Numbered from the stretch's first letter, positions 21,491 through 32,842 are shown. The stretch: 64,000 nt of DNA from Alphaproteobacteria bacterium (GCA_964291395.2 OZ219856.1:1280001-1344000), one strand, 5' to 3'. Numbers and translations are program-made. Notes: a model not told the origin generated them from the sequence alone.

Positions 21491-22222
21491 ATGAATGTTT
21501 CTGTCCCCTTGCTGATTCTGCCCGGACATCTATGCAATCGCCGGCTGTTTACACATCAGACGAAACATTTGTCCGATGTTGCCGATATCGCGGTTGCCGA
21601 TCTGTACGGCGCCGACAGCGTCCGCAGGTTGGCGGCCATCGCCATCGCACCGATGCCCCGGGAGTTCGTGGTCCTGGCGAACTCGATGGGTGGTGCCGTT
21701 GCGTTCGAGGTAATGCGCCAAGTTCCCGAGCGCGTCGCCGGTCTTGCTCTGGTGGGCACCACGGCGCGCCCCGAATGGCCTTCTCAAAACGCGCGACGCC
21801 GGCCGGCCGCGGAACTCGCGGCACGTGGCGATTTCAAGTCTATCGCGGAGATGTACGGGCCGGTGTTCTTTCATCCGGAGCGAACCCAGGGTGGTGCTCA
21901 TATCAGTACGCTTGAGCTGATGATCGAAGAAGCCGGGTATGCGGGGTTGCGGAATCAGCAGAAAGCGTTCACGGATCGTCCCGACAGCAGGCCAACCCTT
22001 CCGGGCATTTCGTGCCCGACGTTCGTACTTTGCGGTCGTGACGACGTCGTGACACCGCTCTACATGTCGGAAGAGATCGCCGATGGGATTCCGAATGCCC
22101 AACTGACTGTCCTCGACACCTGCGGTCACATTCCGATGCTTGAATGGCCAGAGGAGACGACCGGCCTGATACGCCGGTGGCTGAGCTCGCTCCGGGATCA
22201 GGGCGGTTCAAGCTGGGCTTGA
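21491..22222 (+). CDS. Alpha/beta fold hydrolase
   Basis: ANSMGG nucleophile elbow, GRDDVVTP, CGHIP. Confidence 0.85.
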   Translation: MNVSVPLLILPGHLCNRRLFTHQTKHLSDVADIAVADLYGADSVRRLAAIAIAPMPREFVVLANSMGGAVAFEVMRQVPERVAGLALVGTTARPEWPSQNARRRPAAELAARGDFKSIAEMYGPVFFHPERTQGGAHISTLELMIEEAGYAGLRNQQKAFTDRPDSRPTLPGISCPTFVLCGRDDVVTPLYMSEEIADGIPNAQLTVLDTCGHIPMLEWPEETTGLIRRWLSSLRDQGGSSWA

Positions 22223-22265
22223 ACTGTCACCATGCCGGGGCGGTTCCGGTCAAACTGCAACCGAA

Positions 22266-24257
22266 CTAGATATCGAGTTCCTGGACCTGGGCGGCCTTTT
22301 CCTGGATGAAGGCCAGCCTGAGCTCCGGTTTCCTGCCCATGAGACGCTCGACAAGCCGATCAGTTCCTTTGCCTTCAGGTTCCGGGACGGTAACACGCAG
22401 CAGGGTACGCTTGCCGAGCGCCATGGTGGTTTCCTTGAGCTGGGTTGCCGGCATTTCACCCAAGCCCTTGAACCGACTGATTTCGACTTTGCCTCTGCCG
22501 TCGAACTCGTCGGCCAGCAACTGGTCACGGTGTGCGTCGTCCCGCGCGTACAGCGTTTTGCCGCCTTGGCTCAGACGATAAAGGGGTGGTACAGCCAGAT
22601 AGAGATGGCCGTTGTCGAGCAGACCGGGCATCTCCTGGTAGAAGAACGTCATCAGGAGTGACGCGATGTGGGCACCGTCGACATCCGCATCCGTCATGAT
22701 GATGACCCTGTCGTAACGGAGTTTGTCTTCCCGGTACCCTTCGCGCACGCCGCAACCGAGCGCGAGCATGAGATCCGACAGTTCCTTGTTGGCGTGCACC
22801 TTCTCTCTTCCCGCGCTGGCGACATTGAGAATTTTACCTCTCAGGGGCAAGACCGCCTGGGTAACGCGATCCCGCGCTTGCTTCGCCGAACCGCCGGCCG
22901 AGTCTCCCTCGACGATGAAAAGTTCCGTACCTTCCTTCTGGGTCCGCGTACAATCGGTGAGTTTTCCGGGAAGTCGCGCGCGCCGGCCTGCCGTCTTGCG
23001 GGAAAGGTCTCGTTCCTGCCGTCGCCGTAACCGTTCCTCGGTGCGCTCCACGATGAAGTCGAGCAGCCGCTTTGCGCTTTCGGGCGCGCCGGAGAGCCAA
23101 TGATCCAAATGGTCCCGGACTGCCGCCTCCACCAATTTTTGGGCTTTGGGGCTGGCCAACTTCCGTTTGGTCTGCCCGTGAAACTGTGGGTCGGCAACGA
23201 ACACCGAGAGGACGCCGGCCATGGAGCCGAGGACGTCGTCCGCCGTGATTTGGCTTGCCCGACGATTGTTCAGGCGTTCGCCGTACTCCCGCAGCGCCTT
23301 GGACAGAGCGGCCCTCAATCCTGCTTCGTGGGTGCCGCCCTCGGGCGTCGGGACCGTGTTGCAGTAGGAGCTCAGAAAGGGATCGCCATCGGCAAGCCAA
23401 CTGACGGCCCACTCGATCCTGCCCCCCCGAGAATCCATGGCAACCCGGCCGGTGAACGGGGTTTCCGTGATCACTTCGGACCCTTCGGTCATTGTGGAGA
23501 GGTAGTCGATGATGCCGCCCGGAAAGTGGAGTTTTTCCTTGGCGGGAATCTTGCCCTTTTCTTTCAGCAGCGAGTCATCACAAGACCAGTTGATCTCGAC
23601 GCCGCCATACAGGAAGGCCTTGGAACGGGCTATGCGATAGAGTTCCGCAGGCTTGAGCGCCGACTTTTGGCCGAAAATTTCCGGATCCGGATGAAAGGTG
23701 ATCTTCGTGCCCCGGCGGTTGTTGGATGTACCGCTGTTCTCGAGCTTCGATTTGGGCTTCCCCCGGGTATAGCGTTGCGACCAGATCTGTCTGTCCCGCG
23801 CCACCTCGACTTCGAACCGGTCCGATAATGCGTTGACGACCGACACGCCGACGCCGTGCAGACCGCCCGCCGTGTGATAGACCTTGTCGCTGAACTTACC
23901 GCCAGAGTGAAGCGTCGTGAGAATGACCTCGAGGGCGGATTTGCTCTTGTATTTCGGATGGGGATCGACCGGGATACCGCGGCCGTTGTCCTCGACCGTG
24001 AGCATCCCGTCGGCCTCCAGGGTTATCAATATGCGGTTAGCATGACCTGCCACCGCCTCGTCCATGGCGTTGTCGATGACCTCGGCTGCCAGGTGGTGCA
24101 GGCCGGCTTCGTCGGTCCCTCCGATATACATGCCGGGGCGTCGGCGGACGGGTTCGAGACCCTCCAGGACTTCGATGTCCTTGGCGGAATACTTGGCGTC
24201 CCGCTTCTTCGGGCGTTTGCCGCCGTTTTCAAATAAATCGTTCATCGCCATGGACAT
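22266..24257 (-). CDS. parE: DNA topoisomerase IV subunit B
   Basis: EGLEPVRRRPGMYIG, EGDSAGGSAKQAR, MTDADVDGAHI, RFKGLGEM; no GyrB insertion. Confidence 0.95.
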   Translation of the reverse strand: MSMAMNDLFENGGKRPKKRDAKYSAKDIEVLEGLEPVRRRPGMYIGGTDEAGLHHLAAEVIDNAMDEAVAGHANRILITLEADGMLTVEDNGRGIPVDPHPKYKSKSALEVILTTLHSGGKFSDKVYHTAGGLHGVGVSVVNALSDRFEVEVARDRQIWSQRYTRGKPKSKLENSGTSNNRRGTKITFHPDPEIFGQKSALKPAELYRIARSKAFLYGGVEINWSCDDSLLKEKGKIPAKEKLHFPGGIIDYLSTMTEGSEVITETPFTGRVAMDSRGGRIEWAVSWLADGDPFLSSYCNTVPTPEGGTHEAGLRAALSKALREYGERLNNRRASQITADDVLGSMAGVLSVFVADPQFHGQTKRKLASPKAQKLVEAAVRDHLDHWLSGAPESAKRLLDFIVERTEERLRRRQERDLSRKTAGRRARLPGKLTDCTRTQKEGTELFIVEGDSAGGSAKQARDRVTQAVLPLRGKILNVASAGREKVHANKELSDLMLALGCGVREGYREDKLRYDRVIIMTDADVDGAHIASLLMTFFYQEMPGLLDNGHLYLAVPPLYRLSQGGKTLYARDDAHRDQLLADEFDGRGKVEISRFKGLGEMPATQLKETTMALGKRTLLRVTVPEPEGKGTDRLVERLMGRKPELRLAFIQEKAAQVQELDI

Positions 24258-24376
24258 CCAGCACGCCCCCGCGACAGCTTGACGGATGGTTGCAGTGGCA
24301 CACTATAAGGTATGATTTCTCTCAGCAACAACGACATCTAGCCCCGATTTAAGCTCGAATAGCGCAAACAGGCACC

Positions 24377-24751
24377 ATGGCACAGCAAGCGGAACCCGCG
24401 ATTCGAACCGTCCCCATGCCCTCCGACGCCAACTCGAACGGCGATATTTTCGGCGGCTGGGTGCTGTCCCAAATGGATATAGCGGGCGGCACCATTGCCG
24501 CAAGACGCTGCCGCGGGCGGGTGGCGACGGTCGCCATTGATGCAATGACCTTCAAACGCCCCATCGCGGTGGGCGATATTGTCAGCATCTATGGTGAGAT
24601 CGAGCGTGTTGGGCGTACGTCGATCACGGTGCGCCTCGAGACGATCGTCCAACGACGTGTTCTGGCCGAGGAGATCTCGGTGACCGAGGGAACCTTCGTC
24701 TACGTCGCGATCGACGAGAACGGCCGATCGCGGCCGGTCGATCCCGAATAG
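24377..24751 (+). CDS. Acyl-CoA thioesterase (YciA-like hotdog)
   Basis: MPSDANSNGDIFGGWVLSQMD, VGRTSI. Confidence 0.92.
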   Translation: MAQQAEPAIRTVPMPSDANSNGDIFGGWVLSQMDIAGGTIAARRCRGRVATVAIDAMTFKRPIAVGDIVSIYGEIERVGRTSITVRLETIVQRRVLAEEISVTEGTFVYVAIDENGRSRPVDPE

Positions 24752-24812
24752 GCGAAAAGGGCCGGACCGTAGGGCCCGACTCCTCTTCGTGCAAATTATC
24801 GGTTATCTCTTC

Positions 24813-26222
24813 TTAGACGCTGTAATACATAGAAAATTCTATGGGATGGGTTGTCTGCTCAAAGGCATGAACCTCGTCCCATTTGAGTTCTATGTAGCCG
24901 TCGATGATGTCGTCGGTGAAGACGTCACCCTTCTTGAGGAAGTCGCGGTCCCCATCGAGCGTATCAAGCGCCTGGCGCAATGAACCGCACACGGTGGGAA
25001 CGTCTTGCAGTTCCTCCGGCGGCAGATCGTAAAGGTTCTTGTCCATCGGATCGCCCGGATGGATCTTGTTCTCGATCCCGTCGATGCCCGCCATCAGCAT
25101 GGCCGCGAACGTCAGATAGGGATTGGCGGCGGGATCGGGGAAACGGACTTCGACACGCTTCCCGTTGGGGCTGGATGCATAGGGAATGCGACAGGATGCC
25201 GACCTGTTCCGTGCCGAATAGGCCAGGAGCACGGGTGCCTCGAAGCCCGGCACCAACCGCTTGTAGCTGTTGGTGGTGGGGTTGGAGAACGCGTTGATTG
25301 CGCGGGCATGCTTCATGACGCCGCCGATGTAATAGAGCGCGTTTTCCGACAGGTCCGCATATCCGGTGCCGGCGAAGAGGTTGTCGTCGCTCCTCCAGAT
25401 GGACTGATGGATGTGCATTCCAGAACCATTGTCGTCCATGATGGGCTTGGGCATGAACGTCGCGGTTTTTCCGTACGAATGCGCCACGTTGTGCACGACA
25501 TACTTGTAGATCTGCATCATGTCGGCGGTATGCACCAAGCTCGAGCCCTGGATGCCGAGCTCGTTTTGCGAGGGGGCGACTTCGTGATGATGCTTCTCGG
25601 TATCCAGACCCATCTCGGCCATGATGGTGACCATCTCGGCGCGGAGGTCGCTCATCGAGTCGACGGGCGGTACGGGGAAGTACCCGCCTTTGGCGGGCGG
25701 GCGGTGACCGATATTGCCACCCTCGAACTGCCGCTGACTGTTGTAAGGCCCTTCCTCCTGGTCGATGGAGTAAGAGCACGCGTTCATGCCAACGTTGAAG
25801 CGTACGTCATCGAACACGAAAAATTCCGCTTCCGGGCCGAACATGGTGCGATCGCCGATTCCCGTGAAGCTGAGATAGGTTTCGGCCCGTTTGGCCGCCG
25901 AACGGGGGTCACGCGAGTAGGCTTCACCCGTCGTCGGCTCGATGATGTCGCAGAAGACGATCAGAGAATTCTGGGCGGCGAAGGGGTCCATCGTCGCGTT
26001 TTCCGGATCGGGCATCAGCGTCATGTCGGATTGGCTAATGTCCTTCCAGCCGGCGATGGACGAGCCGTCGAACATGACTCCGTCTTCGAACATCTCTTCG
26101 TCGACGACGTTCACGTCCATGGCAAGGTGTTGCCATTTTCCCCGCGGGTCCGTGAAGCGAAGGTCGACGTACTTGACGTCGTTGTCCTTGATCAACTTGA
26201 GGATGGAATTGGCGTCAGACAT
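24813..26222 (-). CDS. glnA: Type I glutamine synthetase
   Basis: FDGSSI, HHHEVA, ATFMPKP, NGSGMH, KNLYD adenylylation site. Confidence 0.97.
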   Translation of the reverse strand: MSDANSILKLIKDNDVKYVDLRFTDPRGKWQHLAMDVNVVDEEMFEDGVMFDGSSIAGWKDISQSDMTLMPDPENATMDPFAAQNSLIVFCDIIEPTTGEAYSRDPRSAAKRAETYLSFTGIGDRTMFGPEAEFFVFDDVRFNVGMNACSYSIDQEEGPYNSQRQFEGGNIGHRPPAKGGYFPVPPVDSMSDLRAEMVTIMAEMGLDTEKHHHEVAPSQNELGIQGSSLVHTADMMQIYKYVVHNVAHSYGKTATFMPKPIMDDNGSGMHIHQSIWRSDDNLFAGTGYADLSENALYYIGGVMKHARAINAFSNPTTNSYKRLVPGFEAPVLLAYSARNRSASCRIPYASSPNGKRVEVRFPDPAANPYLTFAAMLMAGIDGIENKIHPGDPMDKNLYDLPPEELQDVPTVCGSLRQALDTLDGDRDFLKKGDVFTDDIIDGYIELKWDEVHAFEQTTHPIEFSMYYSV

Positions 26223-26274
26223 GGCTGTCCTTTCTGTGTTCCCTGCTGTGGACGTTGCAACCCTGGAAGAGACG

Positions 26275-26766
<492 letters not shown>

Positions 26767-26775
26767 TCACGGTTC

Positions 26776-26812
26776 TGCCCAATATGTGATCAGAATGCCC
26801 AAAAATTAGCCA
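26776..26812. promoter_or_regulatory. Two putative NtrC-binding sites
   Basis: TGCCCAATATGTGATCA (26776-26792) and TGCCCAAAAATTAGCCA (26796-26812) resemble TGCAC-N7-GTGCA with AT-rich cores, upstream of the sigma54 site. Confidence 0.55.
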
Positions 26813-26914
26813 ACTCGCATGGTGCGCGGGCGGTATGTTTGACAGTCGCCGGGACCTCGACCGCGACCGTCGGACAATCGATCGTGACGGCGACGGGCTC
26901 ACCCTCGAGAAGCG

Positions 26915-28981
26915 TCAGGTCCTCTCGGACGGTCCGTTCGCGAGCGGCAGGTCCGATGCGGTGCGCCGTCGCAGGAGGCGCAGGTGCACGAGGCTTCCTT
27001 CCGCGACCCGCAGTTGCCGCCGACCCCACGAATCCAGCGAAACCGTGTTCGCCGGCATCTCGTCCGTGGTGCGCACCCAGCCTCGCAACGGTACGGGGAC
27101 GTCGCCCAGGATTTCGACCAGGTCATCGTCGCGCAGATCCATATATGCCGCGCTCTTGGGGTGGATGCGGAACACGCGGTGGCGGCCGAGGCCGCCGACG
27201 CAGGATTCGTGCTCTCCAACCACGGTCAGGTCATGCCGATCCGGTTGAGCGGTCATTCGCAGGGACTCGGTGGCCTTGGCATCGAGGTCTCCCGCGTCGG
27301 ATACGACGACACCGTACACGTCGCGGGCTACCGTGGTAGAGAGAAACCCGTCCGCAACGTCCGCGGCCACGAGTTCCGGTTCCCTCTCGTGGGGAACTCC
27401 GTAGCCGCCGCCGCCCGCCGTACGGGCTACCACGACGTCGTCCCGGGACAGGGGGACACCGCTCGCTTTACCCGGCGTGGCGAGGGGGATGACCTGGCCG
27501 TTTGACCGGATACCGTAGGCGTTGGGTTCGCCGCTGGTGCCTCCGAGCACGCCGAACGGCGGCACGATGGCCCGGTCCGACACCAGCGAGAACGTCGCCT
27601 GCCGGCTGAGAGCCTTGATCTCGAGTTGGAGGCCGAACCCGCCGCGTCGGCGCCCGTGGCCGCATGAATCGGTGCGGATCTCCTCGCGCACGACCTCCAG
27701 CGGAAAATGCACCTCGATAGCCTCAGCGGGCAGGATCGGTTGGTTATCGGCCCAGTCAACGGTTCCGAATACGGAGGACCCGTCGTGTTCCACGAAACCG
27801 CCGGAGCCGCCGACCGGAACCTCGTAGAAGACGTAGTTGCGCCCGGTGCTGTCGTCGACACCCCCGATCAACGTGTGGTTGGACGTCCCCTGCATGTCGC
27901 CCGCCATGCGCTCGGGCATCGCCACCGCGAGCGCGGCCGCGGTCAGGGTGATCGTGCGGCGACGGATCTCCGCGTGGGCGCCGCAGGGCACGGGTGGGAT
28001 GGCGTTGACGACGGTACCGGGCGCAGCCGTGAAAGTGAGAGGCGCGAAGATGCCCTGGTTGATCGGGTCCTCGGGATCGAAGAAGGCCTTGAGCGCGATC
28101 ACCGCGCCGGCGGCGCTGACGGCGAGGGAAGCGTTGACCACGCCGGCGACCTGCTCCGAAGAGCCCGAGAAGTCGATGTGTATGGTGTCGTTCTCTACGG
28201 TCAGCGCGAGACGGAGAAGCACGGGGTCGAAGACGCCGTCGTGATAGAACTCGAGATAGTCCTCGGCGTAGTAGGTCCCGTTTGGAAGTGCGCGGATATG
28301 CTCGCGTGTGCGGCTCTCGGTCCGCTCGACATTGCGGTCGACGCAGGCGATGACGTTCTCGAGACCGTGACGGTCAAGGATTTCCTGGGCGCGGCTCTCC
28401 GCCACGCGGCAGGTTGACAGCATGGCGCGAAAATCACCCTTCCGGTTCTCGGGCACCCGCATGTTGTTGAACACGAGGTCCAGCGTGGCCTGGTTGGGCT
28501 CGCCTCTCTCGTAGATCCTGATCGGAGGAATGCGCATGCCTTCCTGCAGGATCTCGGTCGCCAGGCCGGACATGCTGCCGGGCACCATGCCGCCGACGTC
28601 ATCCCAGTGCGAGCGATTGGCGGCGAAAAAGACCAGTTCGCGGTCATCGAAGATCGGGTAGAGCATGGTGACGTCATTGAGATGCGTCCCGCCCCTGTAG
28701 GCGTCGTTCATCAGAAAGATGTCACCGGGGTTCACATCATCGCCAAAGGTCTCCAGGATCGCCTCGACGGTCCAGGGCATCGGCACCACATGGACCGGCA
28801 GGTCTTCCCGCGATTGAGCGACCAGGCGACCCTTGCCGTCGAACAGCGCGCACGAGAAATCCTTCATCTCGGTGATGGTCACGGAATAGGCGGTACGGAT
28901 CATGGTCGCGCGCATCTCGCGCACGATGGCGATCAACCGTTCGGTGACGACTTCGACGGTGATGGGATCGAGTTCGCTCAT
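26915..28981 (-). CDS. Hydantoinase B/oxoprolinase family protein with C-terminal extra domain
   Basis: DPITVEV, KDFSCA, NDAYRGGTHLND, HWDDVGG, TAGGGGYG. Confidence 0.92.
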   Translation of the reverse strand: MSELDPITVEVVTERLIAIVREMRATMIRTAYSVTITEMKDFSCALFDGKGRLVAQSREDLPVHVVPMPWTVEAILETFGDDVNPGDIFLMNDAYRGGTHLNDVTMLYPIFDDRELVFFAANRSHWDDVGGMVPGSMSGLATEILQEGMRIPPIRIYERGEPNQATLDLVFNNMRVPENRKGDFRAMLSTCRVAESRAQEILDRHGLENVIACVDRNVERTESRTREHIRALPNGTYYAEDYLEFYHDGVFDPVLLRLALTVENDTIHIDFSGSSEQVAGVVNASLAVSAAGAVIALKAFFDPEDPINQGIFAPLTFTAAPGTVVNAIPPVPCGAHAEIRRRTITLTAAALAVAMPERMAGDMQGTSNHTLIGGVDDSTGRNYVFYEVPVGGSGGFVEHDGSSVFGTVDWADNQPILPAEAIEVHFPLEVVREEIRTDSCGHGRRRGGFGLQLEIKALSRQATFSLVSDRAIVPPFGVLGGTSGEPNAYGIRSNGQVIPLATPGKASGVPLSRDDVVVARTAGGGGYGVPHEREPELVAADVADGFLSTTVARDVYGVVVSDAGDLDAKATESLRMTAQPDRHDLTVVGEHESCVGGLGRHRVFRIHPKSAAYMDLRDDDLVEILGDVPVPLRGWVRTTDEMPANTVSLDSWGRRQLRVAEGSLVHLRLLRRRTASDLPLANGPSERT

Positions 28982-31014
28982 TTCTCTCCGACCTCAAGCC
29001 GGAGATTACCCTGCTGATCCACGCGCAGCACATCGGAGGGCCAGACCACCGTGGTGGATCCCGTCTCTTCGACGATCGACGGTCCTCTGATCTCCGAACC
29101 CTGGAGCAGGTCGTCCCGCGCGTAGACGGGACAGTCCAAAGCGCGTCCGCGAAAATAGACGAGGCGCGTCCCACGGGGTTTCGCGGATGCCTCTTCTGGC
29201 GTTGCGAAACGGACGTCCAATGGATCGACCGGCAATGCCGCCGAGACCCGCACGTTCACGAGCTCCACCGGCTCGTCGGCATCCGAGTGACCGAAGGTGG
29301 CTTCGTGGGCGGCATGGAATTCCGCGGCGAGTACCATGGGATCCGGCGAGGCCGCTCCACACTTGAGATTGAGCGTGGATGACTGCCCGACGTAGCGCAC
29401 GTCGACAGATTGTTCGAATTCGAGATTCGCGATGGGCAAACGATCAGCCTCGAACTCACGCAAACCGTCGGCCTGAAGCCCGGAAAAGGCAGCCGTCAGT
29501 TCCGGCGTTTCCATGTCCTCGAGACGGCGCACCATGGTCCGCACGAAGTCCCGTTTCAGCGGCGAAACGAGAAGACCCAGGGCCGAGAGATTGCCCGGGT
29601 GAGGCGGGATCAAGACCGAGGTCATCCCGAGTTCACCGGCGAGCTCGGACGCGAACATGGGTCCTGCGCCGCCGTAGGCGAGCAGCACGAAGTCACGCGG
29701 ATCGTGACCGCGGTATACAGACACCTCTCGGATCGTGCCCGCCATCTTTACCGTTGCCAAGTGAACGATTCCTTCTGCCAGTTCTATGGTGTTCAGATCC
29801 GGAAAGGACTCCTTCAGGCGGTCGACGGCGGCTTTCGCTAGATCGGGATGGAGCGCGATTTCGCCTGACAACCGGTCGTCGGCGCTGAGACGGTTGAGCA
29901 GAAGATTCGCGTCGGTGACCGTGGGGGCCTCGCCACCATGTCCGTAGCAGGCCGGGCCGGGTCGCGCGCCGGCGCTCTCGGGCCCAACCCGCAGCGTCTT
30001 ACCGGTAACGTTGGCGATGCTGCCGCCGCCGGCTCCCACGGTGACGAGATCCACCTGGGGAATACGGGTGGGATATCCGCCGATGCGGCCTTCGGTCGTG
30101 TGCCGGATCTCCCCGTCCTTGATCAAGGCCACGTCCGTGCTGGTCCCGCCCATATCACAGGTAATGATGTTGGCGATGCCCGCGTCATGGGCGATGGTCC
30201 GCGCGCCGGCGACGCCGCCGGCAGGTCCCGACAGGATGGTGGCCGCGGGGAGTTGGCGAGCACCTCGCGCTGTCATGACTCCGCCGCTCGAATGCATGAC
30301 CAGCAGTGGATGAGCGTAGCCCCCGTCCGCTAAGCATTCCTCGACGGAGCCCAAGTAACGGTCCATCACAGGGGCAACCGCCGCATTCAACACCGTGGTG
30401 CTGAAGCGTTCGTATTCGCGGTATTCCGGAGTCACCGACGACGACGTCGAAATCGGAACGTCGCCAACCATGTCGGCAAGCATGTCTTTTGCGGCTTCTT
30501 CGTTCGCACGGTTGGCGTAAGCGTGAAGAAAGCATATGGCCCAGGCGTCATAGGACGCCGGGTCACAGGACGCGAGCGCCGCGCGCAAGCTCCTGGCGTC
30601 GATCGTACGGCCGATCGTGCCGTCCGCATGGGTGCGCTCGGCGACCTCGAAACGAGCCGGCCGCGGGATCAGGGGTGGCGGCTTCACGAGCTTGAGGTCG
30701 TAGAGCTTCGTGCGTTCGCCGCGACCGATTTCGATGATGTCGCGAAATCCTTCGGTGGTAAGCAAGGCTACGCGGCTTCCCTTGCCTTCGAGGATGGCGT
30801 TCGTCGCAACAGTCGTGCCGTGCAGCACACGCCCGACCTGGGTCAGCGGGGTTCCTACCTTGGCCAACGCGTTCATGAAGGCGATGGACTGGTTTCTCGG
30901 GTCCGAGGGAACCTTGGCGACCAGCGCCCGCCGATCAACGTGATCGAACAACACGACATCCGTGAAGGTGCCGCCTACGTCGACACCGACGGAAAAGGAA
31001 TTCGAGCCCATCAT
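28978..31014 (-). CDS. Hydantoinase A/oxoprolinase family protein (ATP-binding subunit)
   Basis: VGVDVGGTFTD, HGTTVATN, SGPAGG, DMGGTSTD, GAGGGSIA, PESAGARPGP. Confidence 0.93.
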   Translation of the reverse strand: MMGSNSFSVGVDVGGTFTDVVLFDHVDRRALVAKVPSDPRNQSIAFMNALAKVGTPLTQVGRVLHGTTVATNAILEGKGSRVALLTTEGFRDIIEIGRGERTKLYDLKLVKPPPLIPRPARFEVAERTHADGTIGRTIDARSLRAALASCDPASYDAWAICFLHAYANRANEEAAKDMLADMVGDVPISTSSSVTPEYREYERFSTTVLNAAVAPVMDRYLGSVEECLADGGYAHPLLVMHSSGGVMTARGARQLPAATILSGPAGGVAGARTIAHDAGIANIITCDMGGTSTDVALIKDGEIRHTTEGRIGGYPTRIPQVDLVTVGAGGGSIANVTGKTLRVGPESAGARPGPACYGHGGEAPTVTDANLLLNRLSADDRLSGEIALHPDLAKAAVDRLKESFPDLNTIELAEGIVHLATVKMAGTIREVSVYRGHDPRDFVLLAYGGAGPMFASELAGELGMTSVLIPPHPGNLSALGLLVSPLKRDFVRTMVRRLEDMETPELTAAFSGLQADGLREFEADRLPIANLEFEQSVDVRYVGQSSTLNLKCGAASPDPMVLAAEFHAAHEATFGHSDADEPVELVNVRVSAALPVDPLDVRFATPEEASAKPRGTRLVYFRGRALDCPVYARDDLLQGSEIRGPSIVEETGSTTVVWPSDVLRVDQQGNLRLEVGEK

Positions 31015-32372
31015 CGAATCCCCGCAGCCGCCTGGTAGGCGCCCGGGGCGGGCATGGGGTCCAGTCGTCGCTCGATCCAGTCCGCGACCTCGATGAGGCG
31101 CGTTTCCTTGAAGGGTCCGGCCACGACCTGCAGACCCACGGGCAGGCCCTCGTCCCCCAGTCCGACGGGAACCGTGAAACAGGGCCAGCCCAAGATTGTC
31201 CACGGTGTCTGGCACAGGCGGGGACCGATGGTGCTCCGGTCCGGCGCGACCTCCGACGTCGAGGGCAGGACGAAACCGTCGACGCCCTTGAGTAGGGCCT
31301 CGAACTGGAGACGGACGCGGTGCCGGAGGCGCTGGGTGTGAATGTAAGCCGTCGCCGGGACGGCCGACCCGATATCGAGCTGTGACAACAGGCCAGGCGC
31401 AAAGTGCTCGCGATGCTTGGCCATGTTGCTCATCTGGGTCGAGGAAGCCTCGGTGATCAGGATCACGGTGTGCAGCGAGATCAGAAGCTCCAACCGCACC
31501 GGCAGTCGCGTCCGGCGAATCTCGGCGCCCGCCGTCGCGAGGCGGTCGACGGCGGCAGAGACGTGCCGGGTGACGTCGTCGCTGGACAGGTCAAAGAAGT
31601 CCTCACATAGAAGCAGGCGCGGAGGACGGTCCGTAGGTGCGGCGGGGAGCTTGAAACCGGTCCGTTTCTGGGTGGCCCGGTCTCGCTGGTCCGGACCGGA
31701 AATCGTCGCCCCGAACAATGCCGCGTCCGTAACACTCCGTCCCATGACGCCGATCATGTCGAAGGAATAGGAGCGCGGCAGAAGACCGTGGCGACTCACG
31801 CGACCGAAGGTCGGCGTGAAGCCAACGACTCCCATGTAGCTGGCGGGCCGGATAACCGAGCCGCCGGTCTGGGTGCCGAGGGTGATGGGCACCATACGGT
31901 CGGCGACGGCTGCGGCGGAGCCGCTCGAGGAGCCGCTGGCCGTCCGATCGGGATCCCATGGATTGTACGTCCGCGACGGATCGCGGCCGGCGAACTGAGT
32001 AGTCTCAACCTTGCCCAAGATGATGGCGCCCGCCGCGCGAAGCCTGGCGATGCACGTCGCGTCGTAGCGAGGATTGAACGCACGCATGGGCGCGAAGTTG
32101 CCTGCGGTCGGCAGGCGTTCGGTGAGGATAAGGTCTTTGATGCCGACGGGGATGCCGCACAACGGACCCGCCGATCCGTTCGCGTATGCCTGTTCGGCGG
32201 ACCGAGCGGCCTCGCGGGCACCCTCCCTGTCCATGCAGACCCAGGACTGGATCGTCGGCTCCCGGTCGTCGATGCGGTCGAGCAGGGCGTCGAGATAATC
32301 AACGGGCGACAGGATACCCGACCGCATCCGGTCGAGCGCCTCGGTCGCCGTGAGGTCGGAGAGGTCGGTCAT
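31011..32372 (-). CDS. Amidase signature family enzyme
   Basis: GIPVGIKD, SGSSSGSAAAV, GTQTGGSVIRPAS. Confidence 0.92.
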   Translation of the reverse strand: MTDLSDLTATEALDRMRSGILSPVDYLDALLDRIDDREPTIQSWVCMDREGAREAARSAEQAYANGSAGPLCGIPVGIKDLILTERLPTAGNFAPMRAFNPRYDATCIARLRAAGAIILGKVETTQFAGRDPSRTYNPWDPDRTASGSSSGSAAAVADRMVPITLGTQTGGSVIRPASYMGVVGFTPTFGRVSRHGLLPRSYSFDMIGVMGRSVTDAALFGATISGPDQRDRATQKRTGFKLPAAPTDRPPRLLLCEDFFDLSSDDVTRHVSAAVDRLATAGAEIRRTRLPVRLELLISLHTVILITEASSTQMSNMAKHREHFAPGLLSQLDIGSAVPATAYIHTQRLRHRVRLQFEALLKGVDGFVLPSTSEVAPDRSTIGPRLCQTPWTILGWPCFTVPVGLGDEGLPVGLQVVAGPFKETRLIEVADWIERRLDPMPAPGAYQAAAGIR

Positions 32373-32378
32373 GCGTTT

Positions 32379-32558
32379 CTATGCGAGTGGTCGCGTGAAA
32401 TCGGGATCTTCGCCGTCGAGTTCGACGGACTCGCTCAGCACCATCGCCAGCTGTTTGGCGGTGGCGTCGATTTCAGAAGCGAGTTCCGCGACACGTTCCT
32501 GGCCGAGCCTGGCGAGAAGCGTGTGTCGCAGTTCGGCCGCTACGTCTTCCGGAGACAT
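32379..32558 (-). CDS. Small protein upstream of amidase (GatC/AtzG-like candidate)
   Basis: 59 aa with GAGGTG RBS, 6 bp before the amidase start; amphipathic helices ending EDPDF. Confidence 0.6.
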   Translation of the reverse strand: MSPEDVAAELRHTLLARLGQERVAELASEIDATAKQLAMVLSESVELDGEDPDFTRPLA

Positions 32559-32842
32559 CGTCGGGCCACCTCGTGGCAATGCCGATCGGCGGGACCGGCC
32601 GACTTTAGCGCCATAGTCCCATTCGCGGAAACCTCATCCCGAGGATCTCGTATGCCACCGTTTCAGAGAGGACTCGGAACCAGAGTGTGGAAGGCAATTC
32701 ACACGATTCGCGCGACATTTGGACGCCTGGACGACTGGTCTGTCCATGCTCTTTCTCGATCCGGCGCGTCCGGGTGTTTCCGCGCCGACGGCCGATGTTT
32801 AGCATGTGTCCCGAGTCGAACGATGGCCGGAAGGCGGTAGCC

